Of a DNA stretch of 64,000 nucleotides, positions 13,611 to 26,814 are shown piece by piece. The position numbers were made by a program, and so were the translations under genes. The notes under the pieces are model-generated. The model worked only from the letters and a program-made list of their open reading frames with translations, made no database searches and was not told where the DNA came from. Source of the DNA: Flaccisagitta enflata (lineage: Eukaryota); assembly GCA_965153355.1 (NCBI GenBank), contig OZ231126.1, positions 2,232,001 to 2,296,000 of the forward strand. Reading direction: 5' to 3'. The stretch's first letter is position 1. Every line of letters begins with the position of its first letter.

Positions 13611-14764
13611 ATATGAAGTTGACAAGGTCATTTTAACTCATTTTAAGTCACTTAAATCAGTCATTTTAGGTCAATTTGATTCAATGAATGTCATTTTTAT
13701 TATATGATTAGGTAACTATATATGTCTCGCACGCGACTTATAGGTGTTGGCCTTGTTTTTTGTAAAATCTTAATGAATTGAGCTAGCCACAGAGTTCTGC
13801 TAGGCGGCATTAAGCAGCATTTTTGTAGAACTTGCCAAAAGTCACAGATGTTCCTATGGTTTTTCTCATAAACTTGATGAAATGTGACAAATCATGGCGG
13901 ACTCTTGTTTTGAACAAAAGAGCAACGTCTGAAACAGCAACATTTAGCATTACGCGTTGTCGATTTTGACAAAGGTTGCTTGAAAGACTGATGATGATTG
14001 ATAGACGTTTTTTTTTTCAGAAACGAGAAATGGCTATGAAATTGGTACCACTGAATTCGGTCAGAGGAATTCTCAGTTCATGTTATGTGAAATAAATGGC
14101 TTCAGACAGTTTTGATCGCCAGTGCCTGTTTTTTAAAGTTGCGGACACACAATTCTATAAGAGGCTTTGTCCGTCCGTCAGTTGGTCGGTCCATCATGGT
14201 GATCGAGTTGAAAACGAGCGTTTTCGATACTATTTGTGTATGTTTAAGTGTTGGACGTAGGTTGGGGTGTGGATGGGGGTTGGATGCCCCTGCCCACCTG
14301 TCCGCAACGATATTGTGAGCCCGCGTCATTTGTTTCTTTTTTTACTACCATGATAACACTCAAACGCTCTCTTGTGCTTTTCTAAGATCAGACAAAACAA
14401 GATTTTATTATTTGTAGAAATTTTTAGATACTAAGAATACAATTACGTTTAGGTGAATTGGTGGTGATGGAGGGGGGATATGAGGGTGAGAGCTTCTTAA
14501 ACTGCGTGGAGGCGGTACCTGGTGCACTCTCGCCACTGTGTAAGTGAATTAGAGGTGTTAGAGGGGTCGTTAGGAAATGATCTTTTTAAGCTACAAGATA
14601 ATAACAGTTAAGGGTGGGGTTTTGGTAAGGGATGGGTTAGGGGATGGTTTGAGGGTTAGGGGAAGGGCTAGCGTTAGGGCTAGCCGCTAGGGGAGGGTTG
14701 GGTTTTCTGTATTACTGCCCAAATCTGCTCGAATTCAAGCTTCGCCCTTGCGGAATATTTGAAA

Positions 14765-14833
14765 TACAAAACAAAACAAAACAAAACAAAACAAAACAAA
14801 ACAAAACAAAACAAAACAAAACAAAACAAAACA
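14765..14833. repeat. (AAAAC)n microsatellite
   Basis: Perfect pentamer run. Confidence 0.95.
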
Positions 14834-14932
14834 AAAAAATCCGTCAGATTTTGAATCAAGATTTCCGAAATCTGCACCAGTTTTTTTATTAGAATTGGGC
14901 TACATCCATGCCAAAATCTACCGATCAGTAGA

Positions 14933-15589
14933 TCAGGTGAAGTTCAAGAACCTGGCCGAATCAAGCTTAACATAAAAATCAGTTTCTAAGAACCTCTGAC
15001 TTGTCGATCTATCAATGACCTTAAAAAGGAATTCAATCTTCAATACTTGAGACTTCTCAATTCCTGTCAACTGAAAATAATTGAGATAATAAATCAAACA
15101 GGAATTTAACATAGCAAAGTCCGATTCTAAGAAGGTCAATTATCACTCGGTTATTACGCACCCCCCCCCCCAAAAAAAAGAAAAAAAACACCTTATTTAG
15201 ATAAAACTATTTTTAGATATGATATCAGCCAAAAAAGATTTTTCTTCAAAAGACAAAGACCAATGTATCGCTTTTTCCGTATGCCCAACCGTCTATCCGT
15301 CGGTCTGTCTGTCGGTTGGTCACAGTTTATCTTTCTCAAAATCTTTATTCTGTGACTTCACTGCTCCTCCCCAAATGGTCCAGTGACCTCAAATACGGTC
15401 CCTGCCCACCGGCACGCAACTGTGTTGCTGGCCTTGTTCTTGTAACTGTCACAGTGCCCAGAATAAGTTGAAGGGGTAGCATGAACTTCTTACCACAGAG
15501 GAAATAGAAACGGTCGACGTCTGGGACCGCACAAAACCTATTAGAACTGCACTGAATCGAAAAGTGTAAGAAAGAATCAGCCAATACAT
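14933..15589 (-). CDS. Putative two-exon small ORF with signal-peptide-like N-terminus (exons 15589-15494 and 15070-14933); may be the 5' end of a decayed larger gene
   Basis: ATG at 15589 reads MYWLILSYTFRFSAVLIGFVRSQTSTVSISSV to a phase-0 GTAAG donor; TTTTCAG acceptor at 15071 then in-phase LTGIEKSQVLKIEF...FLNFT*. No recognisable homology. Confidence 0.3.
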
Positions 15590-16369
15590 CACGATTGCTT
15601 TTTACCGTCCCTGCGCTCATTTGGAAACCACCAGCGGCACCCTAATCAGAGTTTTCGATCCGCTCTCCCTTCTTCTCTTTATTTCCTTCTCGCTCCCACA
15701 ATCCCATTATCTCTTGCTGACTTCACTTTTCTTACCTTATCCCCATCTCCCTAGATTTTATTTCTCCCTTCTCTCATTTCTTCGAGTGTGATGACGCAGT
15801 GTGTGAAAATTCACGTTTCATGCAGTTTTCTATGAGCAATACTGGTCAGTACAATCACTATAGTAAATTAACCAGGTGATTTTATTAGGCCAAATCTTCG
15901 AGTAGCGTGAAATTCTCGCTGACATTTTCCCATCTAAACAAAAACAGGTGCCCATTTAGATTTGTGATTATAAAATTAATGGGCAAACATAGTATTTCTC
16001 TACTGACTTTGCCAAAAAAGTTTCTGCTTTTTAGATGCGTCCTCGTATCTCTATCATAGGCTGTGTCCGTTGGTCGGTCTGTGGGTTGGTCGATCGGTCG
16101 GTCAATAACGCATTCATTAAAAACATCAAAATCAAGCATTTTTTCATCAGAAAAGTGGTTCTAACCCGGAAATAGAAGCATACACCAAGTAATTTATTTG
16201 ATAAATCATCTATTCTTTCACAAATGACATTCATTCATAACAAAACATTCATTCGTAAAAAACATTCATTCATAAAAAACATTCATTCAAAGGACGCATT
16301 GTCGGCCTACTTGGCCTTGTTGATAAAATCTATTGTTAATATGATGCATTTTAGAATAAAATCATCGTT

Positions 16370-16620
16370 TTCTTTTTTCTTTTTTCTTTTTCCCTTCTTT
16401 TTCTTTTTCTTTTTCTTTTTCTTCCTCTTCTTCTTCTTCTTCTCCTTCTATTTCTTCTTCTTCTTCTTCTTCTTCTTCTTCTTCTTCTTCTTCTTCTTCT
16501 TCTTCTTCTTCTTCTTCTTCTTCTTCTTCTTCTTCATCATCATCTTCTTCTTCTTCTTCTTCTTCTTCTTCTTCTTCTTCTTCTTCTTCTTCTTCTTCTT
16601 CTTCTTCTTCTTCTTCATCT

Positions 16621-16655
<35 letters not shown>

Positions 16656-16710
16656 TTCTTTTGTTTTTTCTTTTTCTTCTGTTTCTTCCTCCTCATCTTC
16701 TTTTCTTTTT
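16370..16710. repeat. (TTC)n microsatellite
   Basis: Long TTC run; source of the poly-F/E/K ORF artefacts. Confidence 0.97.
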
Positions 16711-16825
16711 CTGCCAAAATCTTCTGAGAACAATTGGACGTATGGACAGAGTTGCGAGGACGCATGTAACAAGACCGGATACACGGCTACTGAAGTCACG
16801 TGCGGGTGACCAGGGGCAGTGATTA

Positions 16826-17386
16826 ACTAGTCATCCAAGGATCGCACATGGTCAGCGGTACCCGATGCCCTGCTTGAAGTGATCAGCTGAAGAAGTGAAG
16901 TGAGAGCAGGGCAGCGGCCCCAAAGGGCCGATGTCCTGTAGGACACAGGGGTGAATTTCCAGACGTCCTGAGAGGACATTCTAGGGGCTGATCTGATTTG
17001 GGGGGTCTTAGGGCTCAAATTAGATCAGGGATGAAAGCAGATTAGATACCTTAGAGGGTTGTTTTGAGGGCTGAATTGAGACCCAAGTGAACAGAATTTA
17101 GGTGTGAGAGGTCTGGTTTAGGGCCTGAAATGGTTGATTTTGGGCCTGACAAGGCTGATTTAGGGCCTTTGAAGGCTAATTTTGGGCCCGAGAGAGCTAT
17201 TTCTGGGCCTGGGAGGGCTGATTTAAGGAGTGGGCCTGAGGGGGCTGATTTCGGGCCCTAAAGGGCTGATTTGGGACCTCAGAGGGGCCTCAGGGGGGGG
17301 ACGGACAGACGGACGGACAGGCGGACGTCTGGAAATTCACCCCTGTGTCCTACAGGACATCGGCCCTTTGGGGCCGCTGCCCAAAA
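16826..17386 (+). mobile_element. Family B DINE/HINE-like element (subtype B3)
   Basis: 5' TGCCCTGC..GCAGGGCA hairpin, subterminal GGGCAGCGGCCCC, ~21-bp core repeats, (GACG)n, inverted GGGGCCGCTGCCC then A-run. Second B3 copy at ~42348-42845. Confidence 0.7.
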
Positions 17387-18727
17387 AGGCTAGTCAAGTT
17401 TTTTTGGCAATGGCAGTAATACAAAAACCACCTGTAAACGCAAAAAAGCAGAGTGCTACCGACGAACGACAGACCAACGGACCAACGGACAACGCGGGTT
17501 ATAGAGTCAAGTACTGTGCGCGCGAAAAAGAGATTGTTCATTTCACCACAGTAACGAGTGCTATCCTGACCAAAACACAAACTTTGGTTACACGCTAAAC
17601 GACGCCGTCTTAGTCGAGTGACTGCCGACATTTGGAGCAGATGAAGTAAAGTAAGTTAACATGTTGATTCAACGATTTTGCCTTATTCTGCGATTCGTAT
17701 CTTCCCCTCTACCCCCTCACCCCCCATCCTTGCGAGACGACAAGTGGGGAGATCTTGTTAAATTTAAATGCTCAGTTTTGCTGCATGTGGAACAAAATTT
17801 GCCTTTCTTTGCGATTCTGGCTCCCTACTGTCTCTTCCATTCTATCTCTCTTTACGCAGCGGTGACTGGACCGATCAATTTTACGAAAATCTGTATTTTG
17901 AGCGTTTTCTATGGAAAATGCGGAGTTACGCGCGGTTTCCCAAATGTGTCAATTGATTTAACCTAGTCCATGCTGTTAAAGTGAAATCCAAATGTTTCAC
18001 CACAATTTGCGTCAGAGTCAGTACAACTTTTCCCATTCAGTTTGCCCGACCTTATGATTTGCAATCCACGCTTGGAATGAGACCAATTCAATTTCTCTGA
18101 TCAAATCGAGACTTGAACTGGGCAGAGGTTTTACCGGATGTACTAGGTTTCCATAAATTTACATTTTGTTAAATTTTAACTTATTCCTTGAAGTCTATCT
18201 CTATTATTGAATTCAAGATTGTTTGATCATTGTTTAGCACGCTACATGGACCTCAATGAAAAAAAAATCCAAGGCTTTTTTTGAGCATTCCATGATCCAT
18301 GGCAAATTGGCAATTGGTGACTTTTCACATAGCGTGCTTTTTTTTACTCCGTTCTCTCCTATCAACCTTTTTGCTCAATGCAATAACATTACCAAGAGTC
18401 GTTGACTATGTTAGTAAATGACTCGGGAGATCTTACGATAGATGTAGCAGATGAGAGAACAAGGCCGGATGCCCGAGTCGAGCAGTGAGAATAAAATGCT
18501 AAGCATGTATTTGGGCCGAAGCGATAATGTTCGAATCGCCCATGAACGCCAAAAGAAGCAAAGTCCTACAAATGGACGGACGGTTGGTTGAACGGACGGA
18601 TGGACGGACCAATGGATGGACCAACGGACGGATGAATGGAAAACAGATAGACTGACGGACGAATGGACGGACGGACGCAAAAAAGGACGTAGGGGGGACA
18701 CACAGGCAGACGAAACAACAGGCAGAG

Positions 18728-18790
<63 letters not shown>

Positions 18791-19513
18791 AATACAGACC
18801 GAGCGACTCAGCGGGTTATGAACTCGCGTGCATGCAACGAAAGAGTAATCAAGAATGTGTTATTTATAGACGGTTTTCCCGACGATTTCTAAATCAAGTT
18901 CATCATTCTTGGAAACGATTCATCAGATCCGACTTTTGTTAATGTCGTCATGTCAATTTGGATAGAGGATAATAAATCATTTATAATTGTATCCAACTCA
19001 AGAAACAACCATGAATACTTAGAATAGAATGTCAGAGTCCTTAAAATTAATGCCAATGGTTACCGATAAATGACTAAAAATGAGGTAAAATGAGTCAAAA
19101 TGATTTAGAATGACTAGAAATGACTTGAAATAACCCAGAATCACTTGAAATGACTTAAAACAACTTAAAATGACTAAAATGACATAAATGAACAAAATGA
19201 ATAAAATTACATGACTATGAATGACTATAAATGATTCAAAATGACTTGAAATCACTAAGAATGACTGAAAATGACTTAAAATGATGAAAAACGACCAAAA
19301 AAGCGAAGTGTGACCGACCGACCGACCGACCGACCGACCAACAGACGGACAGAGTGAGTCTTAGAGTCGCGTGCACGCGACTAAAAGTAAAAAGTTGTTT
19401 AACTTTTTTAGAAGCCAAGATATCTATGGTAGAAGTTGATTCCACAATTATTGCCTAGGTAGTAAGATGATGAAATAGCATTTTGGGCTCAGTACATCAT
19501 TCATCAAAAACAA

Positions 19514-20675
19514 TAGTCGCAAAAGCGTTAGGTGGTCAGCGGTACCGTTTGCCCTGTTTAAGTAGGTTGTGGTTAAAGTTGAGGGGGGAGCAGGGCAGCG
19601 GCCCCAAAGGGGACTATGACCTATGCTTTCACGCATATGGGGAGTTTTTTCCTCCTCCTCCTCCTCCTCCTCCTCCTCCTCCTCCTCCTCCTCCTCCGTA
19701 CCCCCCCCTCACATCCCAGTCTCGAGGCCCAAATTCCAGTCTCAAGGCCCAAATCCCAGTCTTGAGGCCCAAATCCAAGCCCCAAGGCCCAAATCCTAGC
19801 CTCCAGGCCCAAATCCTAGCCTGGAGGCTGAGATTTGGGCCTCGAGGCTGGGAACTGGGTCTCTTAGCTGGGATTTGGACCTTGAAGCTGAGATTTTGGC
19901 CACAAGGCTAGAATCTGGGCCTCCAGGCTAGAATTTGGGTCTAGAGGCTGGGAACTGGGTCTCTTAGCTGGGATTTGGACCTTGAAGCTGAGATTTTGGC
20001 CTCAAGGCTAGAATCTGGGCCTCCAGGCTAGAATTTGGGCCTAGAGGCTAGGATTTGGGCCTCGGGGCTTGGATTTGGGCCTCCACCCTGATCAGGATTA
20101 GGAAATAGAATCACTTTTGGGCAGTGATGCCACAAAAATGGAAGTATTTATTAGTTGTTTTCATTAATAAAAATCTTTAGAAAATATTTTTTGCACCTTT
20201 TTATATACTTTAGTAATAATTGGATGTTCATTTCAGGTCGAGGATCAACAAATTGCCCTGATTTATTTTAATCCAAAATTGGGTTAAAGTAAGAGCACTT
20301 TTGCGCCATTTTCCTGGAAGTCTAAAAACTATCTTTTTTGGTTCATTCTGTATTCTGACGCTTATGTTTTATCCTCTACATGAATGTCCTTCCCTGGAAA
20401 TAACTCAAATATAGTAAAATGATTCAATCTTAATCACATGTTTACAAAAAATCAAATTTTAAGCCATAAATGATTCTATTACCTAAATTCATATTAATGC
20501 AGAAAGGGTGCCTCAAGACTTGGCTTTGGGCCTCGAGACTGGAATTTGGGCCTCGAGACTGGGATTAAAGGGGGGGGGGGTACAAAGGAGGGGAAGGAGG
20601 AGGAGAAGGAGGAGAAAACTCCCCATATGTGTGAAAGCATCGGTCATCGACCCCTTTGGGGCCGCTGCCCAAAAA
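19514..20675 (+). mobile_element. Family B element (subtype B1) with 21-bp GAGGCCCAAATCCCAG-type repeats in both orientations, interrupted at ~20085-20510
   Basis: TAGTCGCAAAAGCG start; long inverted ends (..GCTTTCACGCATATGGGG / CCCCATATGTGTGAAAGC..). Other B1 copies at ~8750-9550, 35320-36225, 42960-44150 and 45580-46072. Confidence 0.7.
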
Positions 20676-20967
20676 GGCTGACAAGTACTGATATCCAAGT
20701 ATTACCGTACATGAAGAAACGTAATAGGGGTAGGTTAAACAGATGGTAAGGCGCGACCACCTTAAGGGATTTTAGGAGTCCAATGTGAAAAAAATTGATA
20801 AATAGTTTCCAGATAATTTATGTTTTGTATGAGTCTGATAGAACAGAACGCAAAAAACCGTTTCACTTTTGCTCATTCCGATGGTTCTTGACAAAATTTA
20901 TGATAAACACAAGAATCATGAGTGAAAGCTAGAGAAAAAAGGAAGATACTGATGGAAACAAAAACAC

Positions 20968-21037
20968 AGAGCGCGGGGTTCGAACCGCTGAACTATAACC
21001 TGAGAGCCAGCGTGTTATTATTGCGCTACCGCCACGC
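20968..21037 (-). other. tRNA-like (SINE-head-like) Pol III promoter relic
   Basis: Minus strand GCGTGGCGGTAGCGCAAT...GGTTCGAACCCCGC: A-box-like start and canonical B-box/T-loop GGTTCGAACCC; D arm degenerate, no convincing cloverleaf. Confidence 0.55.
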
Positions 21038-21174
21038 CTGTCCAATTCTTGCAATTACGATTGTGTAATTATTGATCAATTAACTTTGGCAATTGAACGC
21101 GAAGTGAGAATAAGAATTCACGGAACTCTGTGTAAATCGAAGATGATGCGCCCTCATCGCTTTATCAATTTCGC

Positions 21175-21177
<3 letters not shown>

Positions 21178-21253
<76 letters not shown>
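21178..21253. repeat. (GA)n microsatellite
   Basis: Perfect GA run. Confidence 0.98.
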
Positions 21254-21254
<1 letters not shown>

Positions 21255-21259
<5 letters not shown>

Positions 21260-22560
21260 CTGTCCACTTGCAATTCCGTCTGTCGACTCGCAATTCTGTC
21301 TGTCAACTCGCAATTCCGTCTGTCGACTAAAGATTCCTTCTGTCAACTTGAACTTCTGTCTGTCGACTTGCCATTTCGTCTGTTCACTCGCGATTCTGTT
21401 TGTTGACTCACGATCTCGTCTGTCGAATCGCAATTCCGTCTGTTGACTCGCTATACCCTCTGTTGACTCGCGATTCTTTCTATCGACTGGCGATTTAGTT
21501 GTCAACTCGCAATTCTGTCTGTCAACTCTAAAATTCCGTCTGTAGACTCGTGATTCTGTCTGTAGACTCGGGATTCTGTCCATAGACTTGCAATTCTGTT
21601 TGTAGACTCGCGATTCTGTCTATAGACTCGCGATTCCGTCTGTAGACTCGCGGTTCCGTCTGTAGGCTCGCGATTCTGTATGTAGACTTGCGATTCCGTC
21701 TGTAGACGAACGTTTCCATATAAAGAATCGTGATTCCGTCTGTAGACTAACAATTCCATCTGTAGTCTCACCATTCCATCTGTAGACACACAATTCCATC
21801 TGTAGCATCGCAATTCTGTCAGTAGAGTAGCATTCTGTCCGTAGACTCACAATTCAGTCTGTCAAATTGCAATATTGTCTGTTCACTCACAATTCTGTCT
21901 GTCGACTCGCAATTCCGTTTGTCGACTCGCAATTCCGTCTGTCGACTCGCAATTCCGTCTGTCGACTCGCAATTCTGTTATTTCTACTTGTGATTTCGTC
22001 TGTCGACTGGCAACTCCGTTTGTCAACTTGTGATTCTGTCTGTTGACTCGCGATTACATCTGTCAACTCGCAATTTTATTGTCGACTCGCAATTCCGTCT
22101 GCCAACTCGCAATTCCGTCTGTCAACTCGCAATTCCGTCTGTAGACAAGCGATTCAGTCTGTCAAATTGCAATATTGTTTGTTCACTCGCAATTCCATCT
22201 GTCGACTCGCGATTCCGTCTGTCGACTCGCAATTCTGTTATTTCGACTTGTGATTCTGTCTGTTGACTTGCTATACCCTGTTGACTCGCGATTCTGTCTA
22301 TCGACTGGCAACTCCGTTTGTCGACTTGCGATTCTGTCTGTCGACTCGCGATTACATCTGTCAACTTGCGACTTTATTGTCGACTCGCGATTCCGTCTGT
22401 AGACTCGTGATTCTGTCTGTTGACTCGCAATTACGTTTGTAGACTCGCGATTCCATCTGTAGACTCGCAATTCCGTCTGTAGACTCGCGATTCCGTCTGT
22501 AGACTCGCGATTCTGTCTGTAGACTCGCTATTCCGTCTGATGACCCGCGATTCCGTATGT
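21255..22560. repeat. 20-bp minisatellite (TGT(A/C)GACTCGC(A/G)ATTC(C/T)GTC)n, roughly 65 units
   Basis: Exact 20-bp phasing visible over many consecutive lines, e.g. 21541-21700. Confidence 0.95.
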
Positions 22561-24156
22561 TGACAACCGAAGCTAAAGCAACAACAGCAACAACTACAAC
22601 ATGCAAAACCACAATGACAACATCGCGACGACACAACAAAATAAAAACAACAACGGTGATCACTCGTTTCAACTCACAATTCCATTGTCAATCAGGTTGC
22701 AGCATTGCAAAGTGATAGTGTTCTAAACAGCGCTTAAAGCAATGCATCCTAATGAACGAAAAATCACATAAATCGCTCTCCCTAGTAACCCGTTCCCTAG
22801 AAACGAAACCAGGAACACAAATTACAAAGCTGATGCCATTTGATTCAAGCCATACCCAGTTCACATCAGGAAACGTTGAGGAGAGAAGAAGCCAAAAATA
22901 ACAAATCCATTTTTTTGTGTGTTCGAGACCGCAAAAAGCCACGAAATTTTATATGTGAGTAAGGACAGGGATTGTGAAGGGTTGGTCGGAGAATTTTTTG
23001 TCAAAAAATTGTTTCTTGGCACATTTACACGACTAACTATTTTTTTAGTAATGTTTTGCCTGCTTGAAAAGGCCCCTAGTGAAAATATGAATCCGACCAG
23101 CCCTTAGTACCCCTCTGCCCTACCTAAAACCGCAATTCGTTCAGACTTTCAATGTCCGTGGTTTTCTAAAACAGTCCATATCTGAGCTCATAATTTCAGT
23201 AATTTGACATATACTGTAAGAAGACAATAACAGCTATCGGGAATGTCAATTACCAATTCGTTGGAACTCATTGAGTGTCTTTAGCCCCCACCAGGCCAGA
23301 AAAAGACATGTCAAAAAGTTTCAACCTTTCGACTATAAGCCCTTAATGTAGAATATCAAAGCAAAAAATGATTTCAACAGAAACCCAAGACAGCCCCACA
23401 ATATGATCTTCTTGGAGAATGTCGATTTTATTGCATTTAATCATTTAGGTACAGGCTAATGTCCACAGTCTGTTACACTGATATTATGTATTTCATCACT
23501 GTTCTAGACAGCTCAACTTGATTTTGTAGGCTGATTTACTAGATTTTCTCTCGACTGATTTCAAATGATTTGTAAGTTGCTACACAACAGCATAAACTGA
23601 TTTAACCATTTTGGTTAGAATTTCTCCATCAATCCTATGTGTTTCAAATTCTTTGTATGACTTGCGTTTGAACACTTAAAATTGCTGTATGGGATATGTA
23701 GGGTGTAGGGGTGACGCTCTCCTCCACTTTGTCCTTTTGCTTCTTTCATTAAATCTTACATATTGTCTCTCGCGTAAAATTTTTTATAAATCTAAGATAA
23801 CAAGGCCAAGTAGGCCAATAAGGTGCGCCGTGTGGATCGTCGAACGAATGCGTTACCGACAAACAGACAGACCAACGGACAGTTATAGAGGTGCGTTGTC
23901 GCACCTAAAAAGATACATCCTATGACAAAGTTGATGGTGAAGTGGACGTGTCATCTCTCTGTCATTGTCAGCTTGTCATCGCTTTCAACATTGTTTTTGT
24001 TGAAGATTTCATGCGCATCATCTATGTATTTCAATTATCATTTGCTAACAAACGAAAGAAAAGAATGAATTAAGAGGCTTCATCGGCAAAACGTTTGGAA
24101 GAAATTCAAGAAAACGCAATGAACAACCACATAGTAGCGGAGAAAATATACTGATA

Positions 24157-24528
24157 CAGTTACACCCTGCTATACCGTACCCAAGATTAACAGAAATCCA
24201 CCTGTAGTGGATATGAAAGTTAGGTCCCTTTAGCCAATCTCTTTTCATTTCATCTGTTATTGCGGGGATCAACTGTACCTAAACTTTTAAATGAAACTAG
24301 CAGTGCCTTTTGTGCAAATGAGGAAGCATATCCTCAAGTGGGGAAAAAACTCACCGTTTAATCCCGCTCTAACGGATTTCAGAGGATCAATATCTTTTCT
24401 GTTACTGGCGAAATTCTCTTATAACCAATATAAGATATAAAAAAAAACTGAAAAAAATTGACAAGAAATGGCATCTGTTTCAGGCGGACTACCGTTAGAA
24501 GCGGGTCCGTTGGAGCGGGGTTCTACTG
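24157..24528. mobile_element. Two pogo/Tigger-like MITE copies (24157-24275 and ~24355-24528)
   Basis: TA|CAGTT ... ACTG|TA termini with CCCGCT / AGCGGG subterminal motif. Confidence 0.65.
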
Positions 24529-25737
24529 TATGTGAGGGAGGGGGGGGGCATACATTGTGGTTGTGCCTATTTAGTGTAAACAAGGAAGTCATTCAAATTG
24601 GAGGGGGACCCGCCTCGTGTTTTGGTGGGAACTGAGGAATGCTCTTCGTTTGCCGCTCCCTTTGTCAATGAGGAAGCAAATACACGGCTGGAGAAAACCT
24701 TTAAGAGAAGGTTATATCATGATTGAACGGGTGTAAATTGTTTTTTTTTTTCAGCATCCATGCCGACGGAAAAAACATCTAAGTGTCAATGACTGAAAAG
24801 AAGTCGAAAGAGGATGACTTTTTGACGAAAGGAAATCCGTTAAGGAAGTCAATTTACGACTCCGGGGAAAAAACTCCCATGACCATAAACTCGCTTTTCC
24901 GGAAGACGGAGAGCCTCCGAAGCCAACATTCTTTTTTTTCAACAGGGGTCAAAATAATCATTAGACCAAGTAGCGTGCGTCCGCACTTTCAAAAAAGTCA
25001 GGCAGACAGACAGAAAAACATTTTTTTTCTCAAAAAGACACTTGAAATGGCTTTTTACTCTTCCATGTTTCTTCTCTGCTATTCAGAGACATAAAAACCC
25101 GATAAAAAACGACTTTGTTACAGACAGATCGACTGATGGACCAACCGACAGACCGACCAACGGACCGTCGGACCAACCAAAAAGTGGCTTATAGAGTCGC
25201 GTAGCACGCGACCTAAAAGAAGATCTAAGTAACATAGTTCTCTTCCAAATTCGATTACGGAGAGAACTTTGTTTTTGAGAGCATTTGAGAGTCTAAGAAT
25301 TTCGACCACAGGGTAAGAAAAAAACATGTAAGTCAAATTTCACAAAAACCTTGATTTTCCTGCCTTATCTTATGTAATTTGCATATCTAAAGGTACCTGT
25401 GAGGTCAGCTTATGACAAAGATATACACATCAAGTGTCCCTAGAGACAATTTGCCCATGAAAAGTATTTGTAGTTCTTTACTTGTTTAACTTTTGATACA
25501 AAAAGTGGTTTGAAACACTATTCCCCCCCTCCCCTACTGAGTCCGTCGGACCGTCTGGCGTTACGTAACGCAAAATTTTCTTAACGCGATTTTAAAGAAT
25601 TTCTCTCCATTTTGTCTTCCCTTTGTATCGATATTCATATCTCCAATATCTTATTTAGGCATCTTAACATATCATCTTAATTTCTAATATTTTAAGAGAC
25701 TGCATCTATTGGATATCATGTGGCCTTGTTAATCGCG

Positions 25738-26814
25738 CACAGTAGTTTATTTACATAGGCCACCTCTGACACCCCAAAGACACCACAACCCCTTAAATCA
25801 CCTACACAGTAGTCTATTTACATAGGCCAGAGGAAACAACCACCCAACCACCCCAAATCCCACCTAAATCACCACCTCTGACACCCCAAAGACACCACAA
25901 CCCCTTAAATCACCTACACAGTAGTTTATTTACATAGGCCAGAGGAAACAACCACCCAACCACCCCAAATCCCACCTAATTCACCACCTCGGACACCCCA
26001 AAGACACCACAACCCCTTAAATCACCTACACAGTAGTTTATTTACATAGGCCAGAGGAAACAACCACCCAACCACCCCAAATCCCACCTAAATCACCACC
26101 TCTGACACCCCAAAGACACCACAACCCCTTAAATCACCTACACAGTAATTTATTTACATAGGCCAGAGGAAACAACCACCCAACCACCCCAAATCCCACC
26201 TAAATCACCACCTCTGACACCCCAAAGACACCACAACCCCTTAAATCACCTACACAGTAGTTTATTTACATAGGCCAGAGGAAACAACCACCCAACCACC
26301 CCAAATCCCACCTAAATCACCACCTCGGACACCCCAAAGACACCACAACCCCTTAAATCACCTACACAGTAGTTTATTTACATAGGCCAGAGGAAACAAC
26401 CACCAAACCACCCCAAATCCCACCTAAATCACCACCTCTGACACCCCAAAGACACCACTACCCCATAAATCACCTACACAGTAGTTTATTTACATAGGCC
26501 AGAGGAAACAACCACTCAACCACCCCAAATCCCACCTAAATCACCACCTTGGACACCCCAAAGACACCACAACCCCTTAAATCACCTACACAGTAGTTTA
26601 TTTACATAGGCCAGAGGAAACAACCACCAAACCACCCCAAATCCCACCTAAATCACCACCTCTGACACCCCAAAGACACCACTACCCCATAAATCACCTA
26701 CACAGTAGTTTATTTACATAGGCCAGAGGAAACAACCACTCAACCACCCCAAATCCCACCTAAATCACCACCTCTGACACCCCAAAGACACCTCAACCCC
26801 TTAAATCACCTACA
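25738..26814. repeat. 112-bp tandem satellite, ~9.5 nearly identical copies, C/A-rich strand
   Basis: CACAGTAG anchor at 25805, 25917, 26029 and onward (period 112). Confidence 0.97.

Larger units (their letters stand above)
20766..23342. mobile_element. Possible Kolobok-type non-autonomous element (TTAA flanks, GGG...CCC termini)
   Basis: TTAA|GGGATTTTAGGAGTC ... GACTATAAGCCC|TTAA; the TIR match is weak. Confidence 0.35.

Noticed and set aside
14605-14705. Interstitial telomere (TTAGGG-like)
   Set aside because: Only a few degenerate, non-tandem units.
16224-16799. Long poly-F/E/K ORFs (likewise ORFs at 13434, 40350, 43663, 44632, 61302, 62879)
   Set aside because: Translations of microsatellites or stop-free tandem repeats.
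16865-16920. Hammerhead ribozyme in the family B 5' hairpin (CTGAAGA)
   Set aside because: No matching GAAA/stem II arrangement and the motif is absent from subtypes B1 and B2.
20968-21037. Functional tRNA gene
   Set aside because: B-box present but the D arm lacks the conserved GG and the stems do not close convincingly; treated as a SINE-like relic.
21255-22560. Regular short repeats resembling a CRISPR array
   Set aside because: Units are head-to-tail with no unique spacers, no cas genes, eukaryotic context.
25738-26814. Possible repeat-spacer array
   Set aside because: The whole 112-bp unit repeats; there is no variable spacer.
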